Positions 37,169-46,476 of a stretch of 64,000 bases of DNA are shown here, piece after piece. The position numbers were made by a program, and so were the translations under genes. The stretch is taken from IMG/VR virus record IMGVR_UViG_3300027898_000001; one strand, given 5' to 3'. The notes under the pieces were generated by a model. It saw nothing but the letters and a program-made list of their open reading frames with translations. It was not told the origin of the DNA and did no database searches. The first letter of the stretch is position 1. Each line of letters begins with the position of its first letter. The DNA comes from a virus. Lineage: Duplodnaviria > Caudoviricetes.

Positions 37169-38017
37169 ATGTTTGATTGGGCCGTACACGTAAATCCTAT
37201 ACATCTACCACACGCTGATATTAATTCTAATCCTATTCGATACAAGAGTGGTCGAATTCACGCGCGAAATCCAGAAGACAGCTACTTACCTTACGTATTT
37301 GTTGGCGATGATTACCACCATGTGTACATTAACTATGCGCTGATTGCCTCCGTGTTTATGCCTCACATTCGCATGATAACACTAGCTGGTAGGAATAATC
37401 TCTTACTTGCAGGCGATAAAGAAATAAAACACATTGATTTGTTAGACGGTCTTTTTATCTACCGCGATATATCGGAAGTGTACACCGCCTTAATAACAAT
37501 CATGTGTGATGAACTAAGTGAACTATCATTGTATAATCAGACTGTCTTAGATGATAAGGTCGTTACAAACATTAAGCGATTCGATGTGTTGGTAGCTATA
37601 TCCAATCCTAATGCTGCTTTGTTGGAAAAAGTTTATGCGGATATAAAACATCATGACCTTGACTTCAACTGTCTGGATACAATTATATTAGAGTATGACC
37701 AGATATCGGAAGAGGAACGAATTGTTGACCGTTTCGCGTATGACTATGACTTCATTCAAAACAGTTTTAAATATCCTGATCACTATTTAAGTTTCCAAGA
37801 TAACCGTGTGAACCAGAATTTTGAAATATGTAGCGCACAACATTTGGTCCAGTTACTTACGACACAACTTGCGAACGATGATTTTGAATTGTTTAATGAG
37901 TTGAAGGCATCGGTACTGTTACAAACTAAACGACTGTTGGCAGAAAGCGAGAGAAATAAAATCAAAAAGCGTAACCTGATTGCAAATAAACCGAAAAAGA
38001 AAAAGGCCCGAAAATGA
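37169..38017 (+). CDS. Hypothetical protein
   Basis: ORF track, 282 aa. Confidence 0.72.
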   Translation: MFDWAVHVNPIHLPHADINSNPIRYKSGRIHARNPEDSYLPYVFVGDDYHHVYINYALIASVFMPHIRMITLAGRNNLLLAGDKEIKHIDLLDGLFIYRDISEVYTALITIMCDELSELSLYNQTVLDDKVVTNIKRFDVLVAISNPNAALLEKVYADIKHHDLDFNCLDTIILEYDQISEEERIVDRFAYDYDFIQNSFKYPDHYLSFQDNRVNQNFEICSAQHLVQLLTTQLANDDFELFNELKASVLLQTKRLLAESERNKIKKRNLIANKPKKKKARK

Positions 38018-38604
38018 AAGTAACATACTTCACAGGTATTGAAAAGCGTGTGATTGCTCCCACTAGCTTACCTAATAAGAACTCTACGGCTGAACAGCTC
38101 AAGTTACACGGTTTTGTTGCCGCGCGTAATCACATATCGCAGTATAAAGGTCGGTATCAACGTATTGCAGATTATGCTTCTACATTAGAAGGTGTTGTTA
38201 TAATTGCCTGCCCTCTTATAAAAGAAGTAGATCAGCTTGCCATGTTACTCGATGCCAATATCATAACTGGCAATACATTAAGTGCAGATAGAAAACGAAT
38301 ATTTGAAAACATGGTAAGTGGTTCAAATAAAATCACTTGCATAACTTACCCATTGCTGCAAGGTTTGGGTGTACGTTTGAACGTAGATCATTTTATCCAT
38401 ACCAGTTACACGAAATATGGAATGCAGATCGCAGCTCCCCTTTACACAATGAAAGTAGGTACGTTCCATCAAATTGTTGACAATTGCTCTATGAACGTGG
38501 TAATACCTAGTTACATAAAAAGTTTGTATGATGCTGGCCTGTCTATAGAAGAAACTAACAAACCGCAAGTGTTCCAAAAACGAAATTCTGAATATGAAGA
38601 TTGA
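38014..38604 (+). CDS. Stand-alone, degenerate SF2 helicase C-terminal (UvsW RecA2-like) domain
   Basis: IITGNTLSADRKRIFENMVSGSNKITCITYPLLQGLGV..VDHFI resembles helicase motifs IV-V; motif VI QxxGRxxR absent. Confidence 0.5.
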   Translation: MKVTYFTGIEKRVIAPTSLPNKNSTAEQLKLHGFVAARNHISQYKGRYQRIADYASTLEGVVIIACPLIKEVDQLAMLLDANIITGNTLSADRKRIFENMVSGSNKITCITYPLLQGLGVRLNVDHFIHTSYTKYGMQIAAPLYTMKVGTFHQIVDNCSMNVVIPSYIKSLYDAGLSIEETNKPQVFQKRNSEYED

Positions 38605-38690
38605 AAAATAAATATGAATGTGCTATAATGCGATAAGCGCTAAAGAAACTTCCTTTCGCCGACATTGTAGGTATAGCTGATAGGCAACAT
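38601..38690 (+). promoter_or_regulatory. Sigma70 promoter, partial fifth copy of the leader element
   Basis: TTGAAA(38601)-17 bp-TATAAT(38624) with TGn; TGTAGGTATAGCT at 38666-38678. Confidence 0.7.
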
Positions 38691-38702
38691 TCGGAGAGTT
38701 TA

Positions 38703-39098
38703 ATGGATTTACAACAATTAATAATCGCTGGTATAAAATCAGGCATTTCCGTTCCGATTGACATAAACGATTTTGATAGAGAAGTTTATCCACACTTTGC
38801 CGTGTACTACAGGTTGTATCTTTCTATACTACCTAAAACGTATACGAATTATTTTCAAACCGCTACTGTAATTGCGCGAGTTCCAGAAGAGCACATAAGA
38901 CACCTAACTCCTGCACATTTTGTCGCACTAGATTTATGTAGTCCTGAGGGTCTGAATGTTTCTGAGGAAGATATACATAAAGCAGCTTTAGATTTAGTTT
39001 CATGGCAACATGATTTTGTTGCATGGAATAGGAGTAGTAAGGCGAGCGTTTCTCGCTTCGCATGGAATGCTGTTAGAGTGAGTAGTGTGCAGTCGTAG
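38703..39098 (+). CDS. Hypothetical protein
   Basis: ORF track; GGAG RBS. Confidence 0.7.
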   Translation: MDLQQLIIAGIKSGISVPIDINDFDREVYPHFAVYYRLYLSILPKTYTNYFQTATVIARVPEEHIRHLTPAHFVALDLCSPEGLNVSEEDIHKAALDLVSWQHDFVAWNRSSKASVSRFAWNAVRVSSVQS

Positions 39099-39154
39099 AT
39101 TAACACACTAAAACATTAATCGTAAGGAGAATTATTTTATGTCTTGAACTTTAT

Positions 39155-39529
39155 TTGGAGATTTTTATGAACGCTCAATTATCTATGACTCGTGTGTTTG
39201 ATGATTCACTGCTTGTGTTTTTACGTCAAAATGCAGTAGAAGGTGAAACTCTGGAATCACTTATTGCTGATGTGTTTGACGAAATGTATTCGGAAGAAAA
39301 CGGTCCGTTATTAGCACAGTTCGCTCTCATTGCATTAGACAAGATGGGAATGCGCCGTGTTATGGCAGCCGCTTTATTAGAATCATTACACAGAGCAGCC
39401 ACTCACCATTTGGACATATATGGATATGTAGATCGACTAGAGCGCGTGTGTAGACGCAAAGCCTGTATACCTGTTCACAATGGAATAACACATAACAATA
39501 GAATTGGGGTACATCGTCCCAACTTATAA
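39155..39529 (+). CDS. Hypothetical protein
   Basis: ORF track; ATG 39167 after GGAG likely. Confidence 0.65.
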   Translation: MEIFMNAQLSMTRVFDDSLLVFLRQNAVEGETLESLIADVFDEMYSEENGPLLAQFALIALDKMGMRRVMAAALLESLHRAATHHLDIYGYVDRLERVCRRKACIPVHNGITHNNRIGVHRPNL

Positions 39530-39539
39530 AAGGTATAAC

Positions 39540-39938
39540 ATGTATCATCTAGGATTTGATGTTTGTGTGCCCAGAAAGAACGCATCTAACTTCGATACCT
39601 TACGTAAACGATTTTGCAAACGAATGGTTGTCTTACACAAAAAGATTGCCAAACAGTTTAAGCATAACGTCCGATCTTGGGAATATCGTAGTGTAGGTCG
39701 CTGTTCTTTCTGTGGTAAACACCAAGTTTCAAAGTCAAACAAATTGACTAGATTAACTAGAATAGATAGAGCCTTTATTTTAAACAATTACACTTGGTGT
39801 GAAAGCTACACGCACCAAATAAAGTGTCATGGTTTACGTCCTACTAAAGCGTTCTATTTGCTTATACTGAAAACAACATCTAAATGGATTCCTCTTAATG
39901 AGGATGAAATGAAAGTTGTAAATAACAGTAGCAACTAA
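39540..39938 (+). CDS. Hypothetical protein with CxxC/His motif
   Basis: ORF track 39504-39938; GRCSFCG...YTWCESYTHQIKCH. Confidence 0.7.
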   Translation: MYHLGFDVCVPRKNASNFDTLRKRFCKRMVVLHKKIAKQFKHNVRSWEYRSVGRCSFCGKHQVSKSNKLTRLTRIDRAFILNNYTWCESYTHQIKCHGLRPTKAFYLLILKTTSKWIPLNEDEMKVVNNSSN

Positions 39939-40053
39939 ACTCTCGATAGAGATTATACTAATTTATCGAGCGTTTTATCATAAGCTGTTTATACAAGGCT
40001 TATCAACTATAGCCGCAGTCTATTGGCTATCAAATATAGGTATTACCTATCAC
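39937..40053 (+). other. Array of four tandem hairpins, each followed by or ending in TATCA
   Basis: Stems 39937-39948/39964-39975, ATAAGC/GCTTAT, ATAGCC/GGCTAT, ATAGGT/ACCTAT; TATCA at 39976, 40001, 40028, 40049. Confidence 0.6.
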
Positions 40054-40065
40054 AAGGAAATATAA

Positions 40066-41241
40066 ATGGCAAATCAAGTACAAAAGCATGTTTTTGATAT
40101 TGTTGTTGCGTATATCGAACATGTGTCTAAATTTCATTCCTATGTAAACTCTCTAAAAAATCTCAGTGCGCAAGCGGAACTTCGCCGACACATTTCTGAA
40201 CTACAAAATCAAACAAAAGGTGTACAACAATTAGCTGCGTCCGGGGGACTAGCTACGGCACCAATAAAGTCTTTCACGAAATTCTTAGTAAAACTAAATA
40301 AAAACTTAGATGCTCTAGATCGTGGTATAGAAATAGGAACCATAGCATCGGCTAAATCGTTTCGTGACAGCTACAAAGAAGTAACACTTCCTATTGTGCG
40401 AGATATTATTGCACACTCTAAAACCCTGGAACCAAATATGTCAGAAGACGACTTGGTAGGGGAAATCAAATTCGCAAAACAAAAGAACGCAAGTAAGGCA
40501 ACCGTCAATATGATGGAACAGACCTTGAAAAATATTAGGGGTGAAAAAATATCAGAAGCTGATGTTGTTTCTAAAGAGAATAAGGTCGCTCACCAACAGC
40601 TGGAAGCATACCGTAAATTTGCTAGTCGTTTACCTACCACGTTAAAAGGTAAACAATTCTTAATGTTAGAACTCCCCGTAGTACCTGCTATCGACTTCAC
40701 CGCGTTAGACCCTAAGTTTCTACGAACAACAGGCTTAGACTACACGCACATAGCTGACTCATTCATCGTATTCAACAACCAATACTTACTGGCATTCGAT
40801 TATGCTATTGCTACTACACCTGTAGGTGAATCTGTAGGTAAGAAAGTTGTTCGTAAATCCGCCGACTCGGTGACTTTCAAGAATAGTAAAGTTGCTGTTT
40901 TGGATGAAGATGGTGATGTGCTATTAGATGATGACGGTAAACCAATCACAGAAACCAAACGTGTTGCAAATACAAACACTTTGGCTGCACGTAAACGTAC
41001 CGCAGAACATTTAAAGCTACAAGAAGATTTCGTACTTAAGGTACTTGATCGTATAAATTCTAAAGCCGGTACCGATTACACTTTAATGTCCTCACACTTT
41101 GAATTTTGTCCTGCGAACGGTCGTATCGCTTTAGCTTGGATTGTACCACGTGCTGTTAAGAATCAATTCGCACGTAAAGGTAACATGGCTGATGCGTCAT
41201 GGGGCTGGCCGTGGGATTCTAACACAACCAGTGCGCTCTAA
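40066..41241 (+). CDS. Hypothetical protein, 391 aa
   Basis: ORF track; AAGGA RBS. Confidence 0.75.
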   Translation: MANQVQKHVFDIVVAYIEHVSKFHSYVNSLKNLSAQAELRRHISELQNQTKGVQQLAASGGLATAPIKSFTKFLVKLNKNLDALDRGIEIGTIASAKSFRDSYKEVTLPIVRDIIAHSKTLEPNMSEDDLVGEIKFAKQKNASKATVNMMEQTLKNIRGEKISEADVVSKENKVAHQQLEAYRKFASRLPTTLKGKQFLMLELPVVPAIDFTALDPKFLRTTGLDYTHIADSFIVFNNQYLLAFDYAIATTPVGESVGKKVVRKSADSVTFKNSKVAVLDEDGDVLLDDDGKPITETKRVANTNTLAARKRTAEHLKLQEDFVLKVLDRINSKAGTDYTLMSSHFEFCPANGRIALAWIVPRAVKNQFARKGNMADASWGWPWDSNTTSAL

Positions 41242-41253
41242 TGGAGAGTAGGC

Positions 41254-41766
41254 ATGGAGAAGTATACTAGCGGTGACTGTACTATATGTACTAAGTATTT
41301 CTCTTTGCTCCATTGGCACCACACTATACCCCAGGCACTTGGTGGGGTAAACAGCCTGCAAATTCCTTTATGTTCTGACTGCCATAACGTATTACATGCA
41401 CATGCAAATGCTATTGTAGCACGTATACGCAGTTTAAAACCTATTAAAAAGAATTTCTGGCCAAGACCTGGTGATCTTGAGCGAGCGCAAAAATGGCTTG
41501 AGATACTGGTCCAATCTATTCTTCATCCACCTGTACAACAGGAAGATAAAGAGTACAAACTACAAACTACGGTACCCGCAAACATCCACGCTGGGTTGAT
41601 GATGTTGAAGTCTGAACTTCCTCAATTGAAAAGTTTAGATCAAGCGGTACTGTATTGTATAGCGCATACGCTAAAATCTAGAGGACTACATAATGACAAC
41701 CGTAGAACGGAACGTACAAGCAAAGGTGAAAGCGAGTCTGAAAAGCCAGCAACTGACCTGTGGTGA
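41254..41766 (+). CDS. HNH endonuclease-domain protein
   Basis: CTIC...HWHHTIPQALGG...LCSDCHNVLH. Confidence 0.85.
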   Translation: MEKYTSGDCTICTKYFSLLHWHHTIPQALGGVNSLQIPLCSDCHNVLHAHANAIVARIRSLKPIKKNFWPRPGDLERAQKWLEILVQSILHPPVQQEDKEYKLQTTVPANIHAGLMMLKSELPQLKSLDQAVLYCIAHTLKSRGLHNDNRRTERTSKGESESEKPATDLW

Positions 41767-42532
41767 GTGTGTCGGATTTTGTACAGAGATTTTAAAGGAT
41801 AAAAAGTTATGTAAAGGTGTAGGTATAATCGCATCTGATAAACCATGCAAACAATTTAAGCCCGATAGCGGTAAGTTATCTACACTTATTGATTCTAAGG
41901 GTACGTTCGGTGCGCTAGCCGAACTAATGAATTGTATTCCAGAAGATAAACTACGTTTAGTTGGTGCTGCATTTATGCGCGAACACAGAACGAGACTCGC
42001 TGGCTATAATATTGGTCAACGTGTTTATGTCCGTTATCGCGGTATGACAAAATCAAACTATCTGTCAAATTTCATGCTTGCATATATTTTGTTTGCAGAT
42101 AATGACATGATACGTGTTACAAGTAAAGATGGTAAATGTTGCATGACGTTTTGTGGTAATGCCACAGACGCTATTATTTCATACGATGCGTTCCAACCAC
42201 TGAAAGAAAAGATGGTGAAGAGCGTACGCTATGTTGATCCAAATGTTCAACGTCTTGTATCTAAACGTATTCGTTGTGAAGAAGAATATGAATTAGGTGT
42301 GACTGATGTAATTGATCGTATCGAAATCGTTACGATTGACCGCGTATTCAAAGAAAGCGGTATTAAGAAAAATAAGACTAATGCTCCTAATGATCTTGTC
42401 GCTATTGTTAATGCAATCGAAAGTGGTTTCGATGTTAAAGCTGTTTCTAAGAAAAAGAAACAGAAATCGGATACCACATTAAGAAAAACTGCGCATGAAA
42501 AAGGCGTATACAGCATTGACGTTAACGGTTAA
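41693..42532 (+). CDS. Cys-rich N-terminal domain protein
   Basis: CGECVGFC...LCKG...PCKQF. Confidence 0.72.
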   Translation: MTTVERNVQAKVKASLKSQQLTCGECVGFCTEILKDKKLCKGVGIIASDKPCKQFKPDSGKLSTLIDSKGTFGALAELMNCIPEDKLRLVGAAFMREHRTRLAGYNIGQRVYVRYRGMTKSNYLSNFMLAYILFADNDMIRVTSKDGKCCMTFCGNATDAIISYDAFQPLKEKMVKSVRYVDPNVQRLVSKRIRCEEEYELGVTDVIDRIEIVTIDRVFKESGIKKNKTNAPNDLVAIVNAIESGFDVKAVSKKKKQKSDTTLRKTAHEKGVYSIDVNG

Positions 42533-42540
42533 GGTGAATC

Positions 42541-43713
42541 ATGTCACAACACTCCCTATATAATACTATTCGTAAGTTGGGTGATGATGTTGAATTGCTT
42601 TCTATAGCAGAAGCTATTTTACTCCATGTTGTAGGTGTTGATGATGCCTATACATGCCAACGTAAGTTTAAAGATCTGATTGAAAGAAAGAACTTTGAGT
42701 ATAGTGCGCAAAAGTTTAGACTTGTTATCGCCTCTACGGCTTACATAAACATAAATTTAAAATTCTTCGTGTTGAATGTAATGCAGCGCCGACCCACTGT
42801 ACAACGTATTCAAAAGTATTTGGATATATTTGATATTTCTAGGAATGATGCCGTAATACTAAGGTCATTATTACAGAAAAGTGAATTCAAGCGAGCAATG
42901 TCTCAGGCAGCGGCTAAAGTACCTGAGAACCTGATTACAGAAGGTGCGTATAAATCTGTATTCAAAACATTCAAAACAATTTATCCTGATCTGATGAAGC
43001 ACATACGTAGTAAAACATTTACCAAGTTAAGGTTCTTAACTGTATCATCTAATACTGAGTTCTATGACTTGCACATGGAATTGATGTGCAAAGCATTGCA
43101 AACTTATATCAAAATGGTACCTATTCAGAAAAGTGAATTGCATGTGGCTAATATCATACGCACCTCGCTTAATAATCACACCATTAATATGATTAAATCT
43201 TACACCACACAAAAACGTGCGCGTATAATTAATTCAGGTGTAAAGGATGGTTTTGGCCAAACTCGTTTTGATCTAGTTACTGTTTCTGAAAATCAATTGT
43301 TGAAAGCCTTTGGTGTTGCAGAAGGTGAAGAAATTGGATTAGATGACTTGCGTGATGCTGGTGCATGTTTTGATGATGAACGTGCTCGTGATAGTGAACT
43401 TAACTTCCAATCAATAATTCGTAGATATGGTGTAACCGCAAAGCGTAAGACGTTGTTAGAATTGTTAGCGTGCCAAGAGCATAAACGCTTTTCACGTTTC
43501 CTTCGCCGTCGTGCGAAAATAGATGCGTCAAAAGACAATGTTGATTTCTATGATACAGCAGGACAAGAAGCCTACTTTGATAACGTGTGCAGATTCTTAC
43601 ATTTATGTGAAGACAAAGCCCGCAAGTTTGTAAAAGAAGTAGGATATTCCGCGTATCCAGAAATCGCAAAACAATTGGAGACAAGTGATGCAGCAGCAGC
43701 CATCGCAGAATAA
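42541..43713 (+). CDS. Possible second, divergent sigma-like factor
   Basis: EFYDLHMELMCKALQTY...IIRTSLNNHTINMIKSYTTQKR resembles sigma region 2; NVCRFLHLCEDKARKFV resembles an HTH. Confidence 0.4.
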   Translation: MSQHSLYNTIRKLGDDVELLSIAEAILLHVVGVDDAYTCQRKFKDLIERKNFEYSAQKFRLVIASTAYININLKFFVLNVMQRRPTVQRIQKYLDIFDISRNDAVILRSLLQKSEFKRAMSQAAAKVPENLITEGAYKSVFKTFKTIYPDLMKHIRSKTFTKLRFLTVSSNTEFYDLHMELMCKALQTYIKMVPIQKSELHVANIIRTSLNNHTINMIKSYTTQKRARIINSGVKDGFGQTRFDLVTVSENQLLKAFGVAEGEEIGLDDLRDAGACFDDERARDSELNFQSIIRRYGVTAKRKTLLELLACQEHKRFSRFLRRRAKIDASKDNVDFYDTAGQEAYFDNVCRFLHLCEDKARKFVKEVGYSAYPEIAKQLETSDAAAAIAE

Positions 43714-44107
43714 CGTACAAGCATTATCTGCCGAAGATGCGGAGAAATTGTATTTCAATTCTTTCCCTGTTGTTCGGCCAGATGAGTACAAGCGTCAATT
43801 GTTGTATTTAACCTATGCAACAATAAAAGAGAATGTTCGTATAACTACCAATAAACTTGCTTGGTACTTAGATACGCATTTTTCATTCGTTGAAGCCGAT
43901 GTTCAGATAGCCGTAAACGCATTATCCAATAGTGCGATGTATGGTACTGTTACTAAGTTTGTATTACCAGCAGCGCCAAATAGAAAACGCGCTATCCAAC
44001 TATCACTTAAACCTACTGAAGGTTCAACGATAATAAATGAATGGATGGATTTAGTATTAAAAACTAATCCTGAATTCGCGAGTCTGGTGGCTCCAACCAT
44101 AGTGTAA
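43685..44107 (+). CDS. Hypothetical protein
   Basis: ORF track. Confidence 0.7.
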   Translation: MMQQQPSQNNVQALSAEDAEKLYFNSFPVVRPDEYKRQLLYLTYATIKENVRITTNKLAWYLDTHFSFVEADVQIAVNALSNSAMYGTVTKFVLPAAPNRKRAIQLSLKPTEGSTIINEWMDLVLKTNPEFASLVAPTIV

Positions 44108-44120
44108 GTACGGTGACGTT

Positions 44121-45560
44121 ATGCAGATATACGACCAAAGTGTTGAAATGATTTGTATTAAAACACTAACGAGTCTGAAAGTCCCCGAACTTGTACGGAG
44201 TAACTTACTAGGCAAACTCTCTAAAGAGTTTTTCCATTATCCTCCGTGTCAAGCGGCATTCAATCGTATTGATAACATTGCAAAGAAACGATTTGCTTTG
44301 ATTGATTTCGACGAACTTGTTAGTGACCCTGCCGTGTCAGAGGAATTTCGTGATATTCTACGGGAATCTGACGCTGAACACGCGCACAGTAAAAAGAAAG
44401 TAAAAAGTATTGTTGAGCTGTTGGACAACTACCGTAAGATTCGTATTGTTTACGATATGTGTAATGATGCCTTAGAAAAGGTAGAATCTGAGGACGTTGA
44501 TGTTGAGAAACTGCTAGGTGCTTTAGGTGACAAGCTATTATCTGCACAACGTAATATAGGTGTAGAAGATGAGTTTGTACACTTTGGTAAGAACAGTAAC
44601 TCTGCAAAATTGATTGAAGAAGCTGTCAACAAAACAATCAATGAAATGTACAAAACTGGATTTACAGAATACGATGATCGTAATGGTGGTGTACCAAAAG
44701 AAGGTGTGATGATTATTGGTGCCACCACTTCTGGCGGTAAATCTACGGTGTTGATGAACTTACTTATCAACATACATCGCTTGAACAGAGTTAGTACCAA
44801 ACGTATATCACTTGAGATGGGTGATATTCAAGAAATTCAAAGAATGGGTTCTAGGTTAAGTGGTGTACCTTTCTGGAAAATCAAGCAAGGTAGAATGTCT
44901 CCTGCGGAGAAGCAGAGATTCTTAAAAGCATTCAAAGATTTTGAAGCGTTTGGTGTGGAAAACGATTGTACATTTTCGTCAATCAGTCCTACTAAAGGTA
45001 TGACTATTGATGATGCCTTTCGTGCTGTAAAGCCTTTTGGTCCAAAAGTAATAGGTCTCGACTACGTTAGTTTGCTTGAAGGTGTCGATGAAGACAATCA
45101 GTGGCGTGTACTAAGTGCTATCATCCGTAAAGCTAAAATATTCTCTAGGGAAGCTAAGTGTTTAGTAATCATATTGTGTCAGATTGATGGTGAGACGAAT
45201 AAGATTCGCTATTCACAAGGTATGAAAGAACACGCTGATTTAGTTTGGACTTGGAACTACGCTAAAAAAGAACAACGTGAACTTCGTATATTACCTATTG
45301 AGGTTTCTAAAGCTCGTGATGGTGAATTGTTTTCGTTTAATCTCGGTGAGCGTTATGATGTTATGCGTGTTGATAACATGTCGGATACAGACGGCGGTTC
45401 TGAGTTTAACGGTCGACACAAAGATGATTCTGATGATGGTGATGACGTTCCGACTAAATCTTCTACAAAAAAGAAAGACAAGAAGAAAAAGAAGAAGCGC
45501 AATTTGTTAGAGGAAGAATCTGATGACCAACAGAATGATGAGTCTCCCGTTCTAGCATAG
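44121..45560 (+). CDS. dnaB: Replicative DNA helicase, DnaB/gp41 family
   Basis: GATTSGGKST Walker A, SLEM, GLDYVSLL, ILCQ, YSQGMKEHAD, KARDG. Confidence 0.9.
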   Translation: MQIYDQSVEMICIKTLTSLKVPELVRSNLLGKLSKEFFHYPPCQAAFNRIDNIAKKRFALIDFDELVSDPAVSEEFRDILRESDAEHAHSKKKVKSIVELLDNYRKIRIVYDMCNDALEKVESEDVDVEKLLGALGDKLLSAQRNIGVEDEFVHFGKNSNSAKLIEEAVNKTINEMYKTGFTEYDDRNGGVPKEGVMIIGATTSGGKSTVLMNLLINIHRLNRVSTKRISLEMGDIQEIQRMGSRLSGVPFWKIKQGRMSPAEKQRFLKAFKDFEAFGVENDCTFSSISPTKGMTIDDAFRAVKPFGPKVIGLDYVSLLEGVDEDNQWRVLSAIIRKAKIFSREAKCLVIILCQIDGETNKIRYSQGMKEHADLVWTWNYAKKEQRELRILPIEVSKARDGELFSFNLGERYDVMRVDNMSDTDGGSEFNGRHKDDSDDGDDVPTKSSTKKKDKKKKKKRNLLEEESDDQQNDESPVLA

Positions 45561-45571
45561 ATGAGGTCATA

Positions 45572-46426
45572 ATGAAAACAAACCCTATAATGGGGGTGTA
45601 CGATAAAACAGACGATGTTAGCCCAACTATAAATCCTAGAAGGGCATCATCTGCTAAATCTTTTTCTAAATTGCTTAGAAATCGCGCTAGAAAAATACGC
45701 GATTATCACATACGTGTTCATTTGGAGTCACAACCTAATATTACTTTAGGTAGAGCAGTCCCTGTTAATACGTATGTTGCTGAGCAGCTACGAGAAGAAA
45801 CGTACACAACCATACCCGATGTTGATAAACAAATACATCCAGTGTTCGGTGTTAATCAAGAATTAGTTGAATCTAATATACCTGAGCGGCAAGCCTCTGA
45901 AAGTATTGATGTTTTAAACGAGTTTGAAATTGATGTGGATGAAGTAAATGCTTTTAAAGATTTACTGAACGACCTTACAGAATCTACACAATCCATTATA
46001 CTGCGAGATTGTGTAGCAAACTTTATTGCTTTCGATAATGCTTCTTCTACCACTCAGGCTATTATGCGTGATGGTTTAAACATTAATATGGAGGTTTCAG
46101 CGGAAGTCGTACCTGCATTAGAAAACATTGCGCGTCTATCTGTGACAAGCCATTTCCTTTCTAGGTCGAATTCAATACCTGATAACATTAAAAACGTGTA
46201 TTTGCGCGAGGTAGCGAAACTACTTGCTACTGAAACTGTTACAGATATGCGTAAGAAAGAAGTCGGAGGTAAGTATAGTTCGTTATTGCAAAACTTGGTT
46301 GCTAGATTTAGAAGTGCCGAAGGTAAAGTAAACAACGTATCTGACATGGGTAATAACCCTGTTGGTGCTATGCGAAACCGTGAAGGTCATTTCCGAGCCC
46401 AAAAAGATCAAGAAATAAATCAGTAA
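45572..46426 (+). CDS. Hypothetical protein upstream of terminase
   Basis: ORF track; GAGGT RBS. Confidence 0.72.
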   Translation: MKTNPIMGVYDKTDDVSPTINPRRASSAKSFSKLLRNRARKIRDYHIRVHLESQPNITLGRAVPVNTYVAEQLREETYTTIPDVDKQIHPVFGVNQELVESNIPERQASESIDVLNEFEIDVDEVNAFKDLLNDLTESTQSIILRDCVANFIAFDNASSTTQAIMRDGLNINMEVSAEVVPALENIARLSVTSHFLSRSNSIPDNIKNVYLREVAKLLATETVTDMRKKEVGGKYSSLLQNLVARFRSAEGKVNNVSDMGNNPVGAMRNREGHFRAQKDQEINQ

Positions 46427-46429
46427 TTT

Positions 46430-46466
46430 AAAAGGCACTGGGATTCGTTCTCCGTGCCTTTTTTAT
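46430..46466 (+). terminator. Putative intrinsic terminator
   Basis: AAAAGGCAC/GTGCCTTTT stem followed by T run; TAATTTA at 46424-46430 immediately 5'. Confidence 0.65.
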
Positions 46467-46476
46467 TGTCTGCGGA

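Noticed and set aside
45572-46426. Terminase small subunit call based on position
   Set aside because: No recognisable motif supports it, and a terminator-like hairpin separates it from terL.
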